Assembly: GCA_035486715.1 (NCBI GenBank)
Contig: DATHMV010000033.1
Span: 58,001 to 122,000 of the forward strand
Direction: 5' to 3'
Source: Candidatus Aquilonibacter sp.
Lineage (GTDB): Bacteria; Acidobacteriota; Terriglobia; Terriglobales; Acidobacteriaceae
DNA length: 64,000 nt
The notes beneath the pieces were generated by a model that was given only the letters and a program-made list of their open reading frames with translations, made no database searches and was not told where the DNA came from. Every line of letters begins with the position of its first letter. The stretch's first letter is position 1. The translations under genes were made by a program, and so were the position numbers. This document shows positions 54,005 to 62,643 of this stretch, piece after piece.

Positions 54005-55063
54005 ATGGTTCGAGTAGGGTTGATTGGGTTCGGGATGGCGGGACAGGCGTTTCATGCCCCGGTAATCAACGGCGTCCCGGGAATGGAATTGGCCTGCATT
54101 CTGGAACGGCATGGCAGCAATGCGAAAGAAAAATATCCAGACGTGCGCGTAGCGCGAACGCTGGATGAATTCCTGGCAGATAAAGAAATTCAGCTGTGCG
54201 TTATTGCGACCCCCAACGATTCGCATTACGAATACGCGCGCGTGTGTCTGCTGGCTGGGCGGGATGTGGTAGTAGACAAGCCTTTTGCGCCCACGCTGCG
54301 CGAGTCGGAAGAGTTGGTGCGCCTCGCGGCGGAGCGTGGGCGTTTGATCACTGTATATCAGGACCGCCGGTGGGACGGCGATTTTCATACCATCAAAAAA
54401 CTTGTGCAGTCGGGCCGGCTCGGAAAGATCGTTGAGTACGAATGCCGTTACGACCGCTTTCGGCTGGAACCGAAAGCCAACGCATGGCGTGAGCGTGCAG
54501 GGCAGCCTGCGGCGGGTGTTTTGTTCGATCTCGGGCCGCATGTGGTCGATCAGGCGCTGGTCTTGTTTGGCGAACCGAAGTCGATCACGGCCTCGGCTTT
54601 CTGCCAGCGCGAAACTTCACAGGTGGATGACGCCTTCGATGTTTGCATGGAATACGACGGCCTGCGAACTATGGGGCGCGCGCGCATCATCGCATTTGCC
54701 CCCGGGCCGCATTTTCTGATTCATGGAACCAGGGGATCGTTCGTGAAGTATGGAATGGATCCGCAGGAAGCGCGTCTGCGCGGAGAGAATTATCCCAAAG
54801 GCAAGGATTGGGGTGCGGGCTGGGGTCTGGAAAGCGAAGAGTTATGGGGAACGCTGAGTCTGGTCGGCGAACCCAGCGTAAAGGTAAAGACGGAACGCGG
54901 CGACTATCGCGGCTTCTATGCCAATGTGCGCGATGCCATTGAGAAGAAAGCCGCGCTCGACGTTACCCCGGAGCAGGCGTTGCGCACGATGCGTGCGGTA
55001 ATTCTGGCACATAAGAGCAGCGGCGAACGGCGCACGGTTGCGTGGGATGAAGCAGCAGAATAA
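54005..55063 (+). CDS. Gfo/Idh/MocA-family NAD(P)-dependent oxidoreductase
   Basis: VRVGLIGFGMAGQAFHAP Rossmann start and VVVDKPFA (EKP-like motif). aaggagag RBS before ATG 54005. Confidence 0.9.
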   Translation: MVRVGLIGFGMAGQAFHAPVINGVPGMELACILERHGSNAKEKYPDVRVARTLDEFLADKEIQLCVIATPNDSHYEYARVCLLAGRDVVVDKPFAPTLRESEELVRLAAERGRLITVYQDRRWDGDFHTIKKLVQSGRLGKIVEYECRYDRFRLEPKANAWRERAGQPAAGVLFDLGPHVVDQALVLFGEPKSITASAFCQRETSQVDDAFDVCMEYDGLRTMGRARIIAFAPGPHFLIHGTRGSFVKYGMDPQEARLRGENYPKGKDWGAGWGLESEELWGTLSLVGEPSVKVKTERGDYRGFYANVRDAIEKKAALDVTPEQALRTMRAVILAHKSSGERRTVAWDEAAE

Positions 55064-55154
55064 AACAGCCACGCAAATGCGAGTTTAGAAGCCCCGCCCT
55101 TCGAATAATCGAGAGCGGGGCTTTGTGATAACCCGGATCTTCCCCCAAAACTAT

Positions 55155-56714
55155 TTAGTTCACTGTGAAATTCACCGACTTCGATACGGTGTTATTAAAG
55201 TTGTCGTGCACATAGAAAGTCGCTTTGTGCGACCCCGCACTCAGCGTAACCGTCGCCGATAGTTGATCCTCCCAGAACTCCGTTTCTTTCTTGCCGTCAA
55301 TATAGAGTTCCATCTTCTGCACCGGCCCTTCGAAAGCATTGCCAGCGGCGCTGAAGGTAAAGGCGCTGTCCACGGTTTCGCCGCTAGTCGGTGCGCAGAT
55401 GTTCACGGCCAGTTTATTGGCCGGAGGAGGATCGCAGTTCGGCGTTGCGTTGGTATTGGTCAACACAGTATCGCCACCATTGTCGTCCGGAATGTTGTAC
55501 CAGACAATTGCAACGTCCTGCCGCGAATCCAGATTCAAATCGCGGACAATCGGAAATTGCAAAACGTCGGCGTATGTGTCGTGAGGAGTCGTCTGCGCCT
55601 TGTTGAAAGTTCCGTTGCCGTTGCCGAGCATGTATTCAGAGATGGGAGCGCTGTAGTAGCCACCTCCCGAGATGAAGAGGTCAGCATTGAAGTCGCCGTT
55701 GAGATCTCCGGCTGTTATGAACGCCGGTCCTTCGGCATTCGGGCCTGAGATCAAATCGGAGCTTTTTACATCCAGGCCGCCCTTGTCATAGCTCAGCGTA
55801 TAGATATAAGTGTAGACGCCGTTGTCCTCGGAGATGCCAGTCGAAATCAGCGCGACCAAACTCTGTTGGCTATGGCTGTTCAAGAAGTCGCCGACCGCGA
55901 GCGAATCAGTATTGGTGACAGGCGCGATAATTGGACTAAAACTGGTGAACCCGCCTTTCCCATCGCCCAGGTAGAGGCCAATGAAGCTTGCATTGCCGAA
56001 TGCCAGATCTTCTTTTCCGTCTCCGTTAAAGTCTCCAGCGATAAGCGCGTTCCCGCCGCCATTGGATTCAATCGACGAGTTTGCCAGGCTGAAGGTGCCA
56101 TCTCCGTTGCCCAGAAACAGCCAGGTATAGTTGGTCGCGCTGTCTGAAACCGCGATATCGGGTTTGTGATCGCCATTAAAATCCGCTACCGCAATCGTCG
56201 AGGCATTAGCCGGCCCGCCATCCGTGGAAACAGATATGCTCTTTCCCTGAGTGAAAGTTCCATCGCCATTGCCCAACAGAATGGTTACAACTCCGTTAAT
56301 TCCACAACATGCAGGACCGTAGGGAACTGCCAGGTCAAGCTTGCCATCCCCGTTGAAATCGGCCGCGTATACCGGGCCGTAACCCGATGTAACGGTTGTG
56401 CTGACCGGCGCCGCATATTTGCCGGTTCCCAATCCCTTGAAAAAAGTCACGGTCGAATAATTGATGGTGACGAGATCAAGGATGCCGTCATTGTTGAAGT
56501 CCCCAGCGACAATAGAGTTGCTTGACCCGTAGTTGAGCCCGCCGATGGTCGTGGAAGATTGTGTGAAATCCACTCTTGTAATCTGGGCTGACAACTGCGT
56601 CGGCAAAAAAGCAGCTCCCACAATGGCCGCAAGCAAGAGGGTAAAAGGTTTAGGCAAGAAAGACGCTATAGCGGGCGCTCCCGTGGACGAGTGACTGTCA
56701 AAGAACATATACAA
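55155..56714 (-). CDS. secreted FG-GAP/VCBS-repeat protein with C-terminal Ig-like domain
   Basis: Repeated GDFNGDGK-x-DL / ADFNGDHKPDI units (at least 6). Signal peptide. Confidence 0.85.
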   Translation of the reverse strand: MYMFFDSHSSTGAPAIASFLPKPFTLLLAAIVGAAFLPTQLSAQITRVDFTQSSTTIGGLNYGSSNSIVAGDFNNDGILDLVTINYSTVTFFKGLGTGKYAAPVSTTVTSGYGPVYAADFNGDGKLDLAVPYGPACCGINGVVTILLGNGDGTFTQGKSISVSTDGGPANASTIAVADFNGDHKPDIAVSDSATNYTWLFLGNGDGTFSLANSSIESNGGGNALIAGDFNGDGKEDLAFGNASFIGLYLGDGKGGFTSFSPIIAPVTNTDSLAVGDFLNSHSQQSLVALISTGISEDNGVYTYIYTLSYDKGGLDVKSSDLISGPNAEGPAFITAGDLNGDFNADLFISGGGYYSAPISEYMLGNGNGTFNKAQTTPHDTYADVLQFPIVRDLNLDSRQDVAIVWYNIPDDNGGDTVLTNTNATPNCDPPPANKLAVNICAPTSGETVDSAFTFSAAGNAFEGPVQKMELYIDGKKETEFWEDQLSATVTLSAGSHKATFYVHDNFNNTVSKSVNFTVN

Positions 56715-56942
56715 CCTCCGCGCGGGTATGGATGCCTCTGTGATTTCCAGAGGTTGCGATACGAACTTGGATTAAGGAATAGACCTGAGGTCAAGTCGCG
56801 GATACCTGATCAGACAAGTAGCTATTTTTGGATTTCATGGCTACTCGAATTTAAGGTAATAACTTCCATCCGTTCGGCAGCCGCGTCCATCTATTTGAGG
56901 TACCCTGTTAACAGCGCGATAGACGCTATTTTCCCGCGAAAA

Positions 56943-58982
56943 ATGTCACAGGAAGAAGAGGTTTTAGGAAAAGCGTATGACAGCCGCCTGATGGCGCGGC
57001 TGCTCAAGTATCTGCGCCCCTACCGCTGGCAGGTGGCGATTGCACTGGCCTCGATTCTCCTCAAGTCTTTCGCCGACGTTCTTGGCCCCTATCTCACCAA
57101 AGTGGCCATCGACCGCTACCTCGCACCAGTCAAAGGCTTGTCTTCCGGTTTTTGGAGTTGGCTCAGCCCGCGCGCAATTACCGGCATCGCGCAGATTGCG
57201 GGAATCTATGTTGGATTGCTGATTTTCAGTTTCCTGCTCGAGTTCCTGCAAACCTACTTCATGCAGTGGACCGGCCAGAAAGTGATGTTCGACCTTCGCC
57301 GCCAGATCTTCCGCCACTTGCAGCGCCTGCACATCGCGTTCTACGACAAGAACCCGGTCGGACGCCTCGTAACCCGTGTCACGACTGACGTGGACGCGTT
57401 GAACGAAATGTTCACCTCCGGCGTGGTATCGATCTTTGAAGACTTGTTCGTGCTGCTTGGCATCCTCGGCGTGATGCTGTGCATGAACTGGAAGCTGGCG
57501 CTGATCACCTTTGCCGTGCTGCCGTTCATCGTTTATTCCACCAAGATTTTTCGCGACCGGGTACGCGATTCCTACCGCCGCATTCGCGTTGCCATTGCCC
57601 GCATCAATTCGTATCTCCAGGAGCACATCAGCGGCATGGTCGTGTTGCAGCTCTTCAATCGCGAGCGCAAAGCCTACGACCGCTTTTCGGAAATCAACCG
57701 CAATCACATGGACGCGTACAAAGACGCGATCATGGCCTACTCGGTTTATTACCCCGTGGTCGAAATTCTCTCCTCAATTGCGATTGCCTGTGTCATCTGG
57801 TTCGGTGGCGGCGATGTGATACGAAACATTCACGTCTCGAGCGTCGCCGTAAGCTTCAACTGGAAAACTCTGATTGCGTTCCGCCTTGTGCCTGTAGTTG
57901 CCACACTCGGCGTGCTGGTTGCATTCATCCAATATGCGCTGCGGTTTTTCCGTCCGATCATGGACTTCAGTGAAAAGTACAATATCCTGCAATCGGCGAT
58001 GGCCGCCAGCGAACGCATCTTCAAATTGCTAGACACGCCCGCGCAGGTAGTTTCCCCGGCAGTCGTCAAGCACCCCGAAGGCTCAGGCCGTATCGAATTC
58101 GACCACGTCTGGTTCGCTTATCGCGACGTACCGGAAAATAACGAGACTCGTGTGGGGAAGGGTGCCCCTCCCGCCCAGGCCGAGCGAAGCGCGGCAAGCT
58201 TTTTGCCGCCACCAACAGGTACAGCTGAAGCAGGAAACGCTCTCGACTGGGTCTTACGCGACGTAAGCTTCACCATCGAACCCGGCGAAACCGCAGCCAT
58301 AGTCGGCCATACCGGCGCGGGCAAAACCACGCTAATCTCACTTCTGTTGCGCTTCTACGATGTCCAGAAAGGCGCAGTCCGCATCGATGGCGTCGATGTC
58401 AAAGATATGGACTTGGTAGAACTCCGCAGCCGCTTCGGCGTGGTTTTGCAGGATCCATTCCTGTTCAGCGGCACGATCGGCGGCAATATTCGCATGGGCA
58501 CAGCTCGAATTCAGGATTCTCACGTCCAAAAGGCTGCCGAAGACGTAAACCTCGCCGACTTCATCCGCGCTCTTCCCAAAGGTTTTGACGAAGAAGTGCG
58601 CGAGCGCGGCTCAACCCTTTCCACCGGCCAAAAGCAGCTCATCTCGTTCGCCCGAGCGCTCGCCCACGAGCCGAAAATTCTGATTCTTGATGAGGCTACT
58701 TCCAGCGTCGATACCGAGACTGAGTTTCGCGTGCGTGACGCGCTTAGCCGGATGGTGGAGGGGCGGACTTCGCTGATCATCGCGCACCGGCTCTCTACGG
58801 TGCAGCGCGCGGATAAGATTATCGTCATGCACAAAGGCCAGGTTCGCGAGATGGGCACGCACCAGCAATTGCTCGCGCAGCACGGCATCTACTTCAAGCT
58901 TTATCAATTGCAATACAAGGATCAGGAGATTGCGGCTGGGAACTTTCAGGAACCGGAGTCCACGGTCAGCGCAGACGACTAG
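56943..58982 (+). CDS. ABC exporter, fused permease/ATPase (MsbA-like type I)
   Basis: 6-TM domain. GHTGAGKTTL, LSTGQKQLISFARAL, ILILDEATSSVD, IIAHRLST. ATG 56943 is preferred because the listed start (56691) overlaps the divergent FG-GAP gene. Confidence 0.92.
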   Translation: MSQEEEVLGKAYDSRLMARLLKYLRPYRWQVAIALASILLKSFADVLGPYLTKVAIDRYLAPVKGLSSGFWSWLSPRAITGIAQIAGIYVGLLIFSFLLEFLQTYFMQWTGQKVMFDLRRQIFRHLQRLHIAFYDKNPVGRLVTRVTTDVDALNEMFTSGVVSIFEDLFVLLGILGVMLCMNWKLALITFAVLPFIVYSTKIFRDRVRDSYRRIRVAIARINSYLQEHISGMVVLQLFNRERKAYDRFSEINRNHMDAYKDAIMAYSVYYPVVEILSSIAIACVIWFGGGDVIRNIHVSSVAVSFNWKTLIAFRLVPVVATLGVLVAFIQYALRFFRPIMDFSEKYNILQSAMAASERIFKLLDTPAQVVSPAVVKHPEGSGRIEFDHVWFAYRDVPENNETRVGKGAPPAQAERSAASFLPPPTGTAEAGNALDWVLRDVSFTIEPGETAAIVGHTGAGKTTLISLLLRFYDVQKGAVRIDGVDVKDMDLVELRSRFGVVLQDPFLFSGTIGGNIRMGTARIQDSHVQKAAEDVNLADFIRALPKGFDEEVRERGSTLSTGQKQLISFARALAHEPKILILDEATSSVDTETEFRVRDALSRMVEGRTSLIIAHRLSTVQRADKIIVMHKGQVREMGTHQQLLAQHGIYFKLYQLQYKDQEIAAGNFQEPESTVSADD

Positions 58983-59010
58983 CCGTTAGAGCCGCAGCTG
59001 GACAGAAAGT

Positions 59011-59349
59011 TCAGAACTCAAAATATCCCGCCGATTGACCCGCGCGAGGAGCGCCTTCCGTCCCCGTAGCCGCCAGCAAGCCCAAAACGCCGCTCAAACT
59101 TTCCCACGCCGCTCGATTCAGGGCTGGGTCTGCAGCCACGAGATCCCGGATCATCTGCCATGCGGCCATATTCAATGCGCCTTCCGGCGGTGGTCCCATG
59201 GCAAGGGAAACGCAGCATTGCGGGCAGAATGAAATGCGATGAGCAGCTGACTTTTGTCGCGGTTTAACTCCGACGGTCTGCGCAAACATGTATAGTGCAA
59301 CCGACTTGCCGCCGGTTTCAAGCTGGCGATTACAACGCAGGCAATGCAT
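59011..59349 (-). CDS. hypothetical zinc-ribbon protein (CxxC-x32-CxxC)
   Basis: MHCLRCNR...FCPQCC, 112 aa from ATG 59349. The longer listed ORF would overlap the divergent Nudix-like gene's upstream region. Coding status is unproven. Confidence 0.45.
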   Translation of the reverse strand: MHCLRCNRQLETGGKSVALYMFAQTVGVKPRQKSAAHRISFCPQCCVSLAMGPPPEGALNMAAWQMIRDLVAADPALNRAAWESLSGVLGLLAATGTEGAPRAGQSAGYFEF

Positions 59350-59539
59350 GTTCTCCAAGAGCTTCTCCCGGCTGCCGTATTGCGATGACGAATACGAATA
59401 TTGTCTTGGTAGTAAGGAAAGGCGCAAGTATGTAAGAAGATTCCGCTCTTCCCACGCCCAACTACGGATTGGAACCAACCTGGATCGGAACCAACTTTGC
59501 TCTAGCCAGAGGCAGATTTCGTCATGCACTCTGATTGCG

Positions 59540-60364
59540 ATGGATGCGAACTCAACCTTTGTTCGATTATCAAGCCTGCGTAAGCTGCGTGAGCCGCAAC
59601 AGGTCGCGGCGGTCTGCTACCACATACGCAACCAGGAGATCCAGTTTCTTCTGATTCAGACTCGCGGCAGCGGTCGTTGGACGTTTCCCAAAGGTAGCGC
59701 CGAGGCCGGATTGACACACGCCCAGGCCGCCGCGCTGGAGGCGTTCGAGGAAGCCGGTGTTCATGGGCGCATCGAAGAAGCCGCCTTCGCGCAATATTTT
59801 TGCCGCAAGCAAGCCGCGATTCGCAAAGCTGGAGCGGACCCCGGCAAAGGCAAACTCGCCGTCAGCGCTCATCTTTGCGAGGTGATACGTCTGCGGACTC
59901 CAAAAGAATCCAATCGAAACCGCACGTGGTTTTCAGTGCAGGACGCGCTTCAGCGCTTGCGGGAGGATCGCACGAAGGCTGAAGGGGCGGAGTTTGCCCG
60001 CGTGATCGATCGTGCAGTAGCTCGAATTCAAAAACAGCGTGCCTCCGTCAGGACTGCAGGCGCTCAAAGAGATCTCCGAATAAACGAGCCAAATTTTTCT
60101 CAGGATGACACTGGGAAAAGCGATCCGCTGCGCAGAGTTCAGCTCGAAGCTCCTCTGAAAACGCATTCGGCGGCAACTTCCTTCAATCCTTACATGCAAT
60201 GCCAGCTTGCGGTCGCCGGACAATTCACCGGTGCAGCCGTTGCTCCTCGGCGTGCCGTTTTACAAGGCGAGGTTCTTCAGTTTGTTTCCGCGCAACGCCA
60301 TCAAAATTCAAAACTTCTAGCCGCTCGCAAACCGGTAAAAACTCTGCGCGCAAGAGATATCTGA
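59540..60364 (+). CDS. Nudix-fold protein with variant Nudix box and long low-complexity C-terminal tail
   Basis: KGSAEAGLTHAQAAALEAFEEAGV aligns to G-x5-E-x7-REUxEExGU. E16, E19 and E20 are kept, but E7 and R15 are both Leu. Start taken as MDANS (59540). Confidence 0.65.
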   Translation: MDANSTFVRLSSLRKLREPQQVAAVCYHIRNQEIQFLLIQTRGSGRWTFPKGSAEAGLTHAQAAALEAFEEAGVHGRIEEAAFAQYFCRKQAAIRKAGADPGKGKLAVSAHLCEVIRLRTPKESNRNRTWFSVQDALQRLREDRTKAEGAEFARVIDRAVARIQKQRASVRTAGAQRDLRINEPNFSQDDTGKSDPLRRVQLEAPLKTHSAATSFNPYMQCQLAVAGQFTGAAVAPRRAVLQGEVLQFVSAQRHQNSKLLAARKPVKTLRARDI

Positions 60365-60382
60365 AAAAGCCGTTATTCGTTC

Positions 60383-62395
60383 TCAGTCTTTATTCTTCGG
60401 CCGCTCGTAAGCCTTCGCCATATACTTTCGCGCTTCTTCCAGCGCAGCAAACGTATCGTCATTGGTTTGAAGCGCCTGTCGATACTCATTGATCGCGCGC
60501 TCGCGCTGGCCCGTAATATCGAAAATCTTGCCGAGTTGAATGTGGCTCCAAACCTCAGTCCAGCGCGGTTCTCCATTGCCGTTGATGGAAGATCGGTACG
60601 AATTCGCCGACGATTGATAGTTTCTCTGCAGGAAGAAAATTTCCGCAACCCGGTAATGAGCCAGCGAGCTGTTCTTATTCTGATCGAGAGCCTTATTGAA
60701 CTCGGCCAGCGCCCCCGAAAGATCGCCCTGTTGCTGCAATGCCTGGCCGCGCAGGATGGAAGCCCGCAGCTTCACGTCAGAAGAATTGGTTAGAACGTGA
60801 TGGTCGGGATCAACCGAAATTCGCCGTGGCCGCCCAAAGGTTTCCACGGTAAATGGCGAATTGGTGCCGACCACTTCCAGCTTCTTATCTTCCGTCTTGC
60901 CGTCGGTATCCACACGTAAATCCACCGGCATTCGGAACAAATCCAGATCCTGTGAAATCTCGCCGGTCACGCGAAACCCTTTGTTACTGCCCAGCCTATA
61001 TGTGGTGTATTTCAGCTTGAACTCAGGCGCTCCCGTGGAATCGAGCCACTGCGAGAAGAACCACGTAAGCTGATCGCCATAATACTTCTCGGCGATGGTC
61101 CGGAAGTCTTCCATGGTGGCGGATTTACCGGAATAAGTTTCGGAGAATTCGCGCATGGTCTTGAGATATTTGTCTTCCCCCAGCACCCAGCGCAGCATGT
61201 GCAAAATCATCGCTCCCTTGTCGGTGACCAGCGATTGAAACTCGGTAGAAAAAGGATCGAGCTTGCTTGCGCTGGAGAGTGGAATGTTGTCATAGGCCAG
61301 CGCGCCCACCGACATATCTTTGATCGCCTCTTCAAGTCCGGCCGCACCGGCGGCATTCTCCACATACATGGCTTCGGAGTAGCGCGAGAAGCCATCAATC
61401 AGCCACCAATCATCCTTGCTGGCGGGGCTCACCGACACTCCCCACCATTGGTGCGCAATAGCGTTGGCCATCAGCCGGTAATTCGTCTTCTCCGTAATCG
61501 AGGGCGCTGCCAGGCCGGCGATGTTTGGCCCCCAGGCGTACGGAACGGTGTCTCCGGGAAGTTCAACTAAATTCAGCTTTTGCGATAAAGGACTTCCGTA
61601 AAGAGTTACAAAATAAGTGAATTCCTGAACCGCGGTCGTCGTATATTCAGGCGCCAGCTTCTGATGATCCGGCTTGAAGAAGACGTGCAGATCAAGCCCG
61701 GCCTCATCGCTTTTGTATTCCTGGAAAATCCCGGCAACAATCGTGCCCGGAAAACTCGGCTTGTTATCGACAAAAGTAAATGTCTTGGTAGGAAGGCCGT
61801 TGCTGTTGGGTTTTTTCGATGGCGGATTATCGGTGACCGTAGTCTTGCCGCTGCCAATCACCAGCATATGAGCGGGAACCGTAAGGCTGATCGTAGAGGT
61901 AAAGCGGTTCAGGCCATACCCGCTTACCGGAAACCAGCGTCCGGCATAAAGCAGATAACTGGTGTCGTCGCCAATCGACGCAAGTTTAAGGCCGGGAACG
62001 GGGCTGTCATCGGCGCTGTCCATCTCCCCTTCGTATTCGAAAGTGAGCGTGGTCGATACTCCTTTGGACAGGCCGGAAGGCAAAGGCACGCGGATGGTGA
62101 AATCCTGTGTAACGCGTTCGGCTGAGAGTGGCTGGTTATTTTCGTCGAGAACACGCGTGACCCGCAGGCCATTGTGCAATTCAAAGATTGCCGTGTTCAA
62201 ATCTTGCAGGGCGGTGAATTTGACCTTCGCCCGCGCCGAAATCTGATGCAAATGAGGCGTAAGTTCAGCCTCGATCTGGTAATCGTCCACCCGCAGGCGG
62301 ACTTTTTCGGCAGCCCAGCTCGGCAGAGAAATGAATAGCAACAGGGCAGAGAAACCCACCAGCACGCCCTGGGTGCGCCCAAGCTGTCTTTGCAT
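60383..62395 (-). CDS. secreted M1-family aminopeptidase homologue with degenerate zinc site, fused to C-terminal TPR repeats
   Basis: LMANAIAHQWWG...WWLIDGFSRYSE aligns to HExxHQWFG...WLNEGFA. TPR-like tail (ALAEFNKALDQN, AHYRVAEIFFLQRNYQSS, AINEYRQALQTN). Signal peptide from MQRQLGRTQ (62395). Confidence 0.8.
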   Translation of the reverse strand: MQRQLGRTQGVLVGFSALLLFISLPSWAAEKVRLRVDDYQIEAELTPHLHQISARAKVKFTALQDLNTAIFELHNGLRVTRVLDENNQPLSAERVTQDFTIRVPLPSGLSKGVSTTLTFEYEGEMDSADDSPVPGLKLASIGDDTSYLLYAGRWFPVSGYGLNRFTSTISLTVPAHMLVIGSGKTTVTDNPPSKKPNSNGLPTKTFTFVDNKPSFPGTIVAGIFQEYKSDEAGLDLHVFFKPDHQKLAPEYTTTAVQEFTYFVTLYGSPLSQKLNLVELPGDTVPYAWGPNIAGLAAPSITEKTNYRLMANAIAHQWWGVSVSPASKDDWWLIDGFSRYSEAMYVENAAGAAGLEEAIKDMSVGALAYDNIPLSSASKLDPFSTEFQSLVTDKGAMILHMLRWVLGEDKYLKTMREFSETYSGKSATMEDFRTIAEKYYGDQLTWFFSQWLDSTGAPEFKLKYTTYRLGSNKGFRVTGEISQDLDLFRMPVDLRVDTDGKTEDKKLEVVGTNSPFTVETFGRPRRISVDPDHHVLTNSSDVKLRASILRGQALQQQGDLSGALAEFNKALDQNKNSSLAHYRVAEIFFLQRNYQSSANSYRSSINGNGEPRWTEVWSHIQLGKIFDITGQRERAINEYRQALQTNDDTFAALEEARKYMAKAYERPKNKD

Positions 62396-62516
62396 TAAGG
62401 AGAATCTCCCGGAAATGGGCCTACCATTCCTATGATGAAGATTTTCCACTAAAAGATGCTGTGAGCACAAGGTTTACCCCAGTACAGGACGGCTAGGTCA
62501 CGGATAGTCTTAATGT

Positions 62517-62568
62517 TTTCAGCGTTCTCTGCGGCCGTTCTCCGCGAACTCCGCGATTTAAGGTTTTG
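62517..62568. repeat. REP-like intergenic repeat (CAGCGTTCTCTGCGG...CTCCGCGA x2...AAGGTTTTG type)
   Basis: Tandem CTCCGCGA at 62540-62547 and 62549-62556. The sequence class is one I recognise from acidobacterial intergenic regions. Confidence 0.45.
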
Positions 62569-62643
62569 TTTCTTACCACGATCCTAAACGCGGAACCCCC
62601 CGACCCCTAAAAGAGTTCTCAGGAAAAAAACTGATGACATGGT

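Noticed and set aside
55089-55123. Hairpin AAGCCCCGC...GCGGGGCTT between the convergent oxidoreductase and FG-GAP genes, considered as a bidirectional terminator.
   Set aside because: The loop is 17 nt and neither side has a convincing U-tract. It is not called as a terminator.
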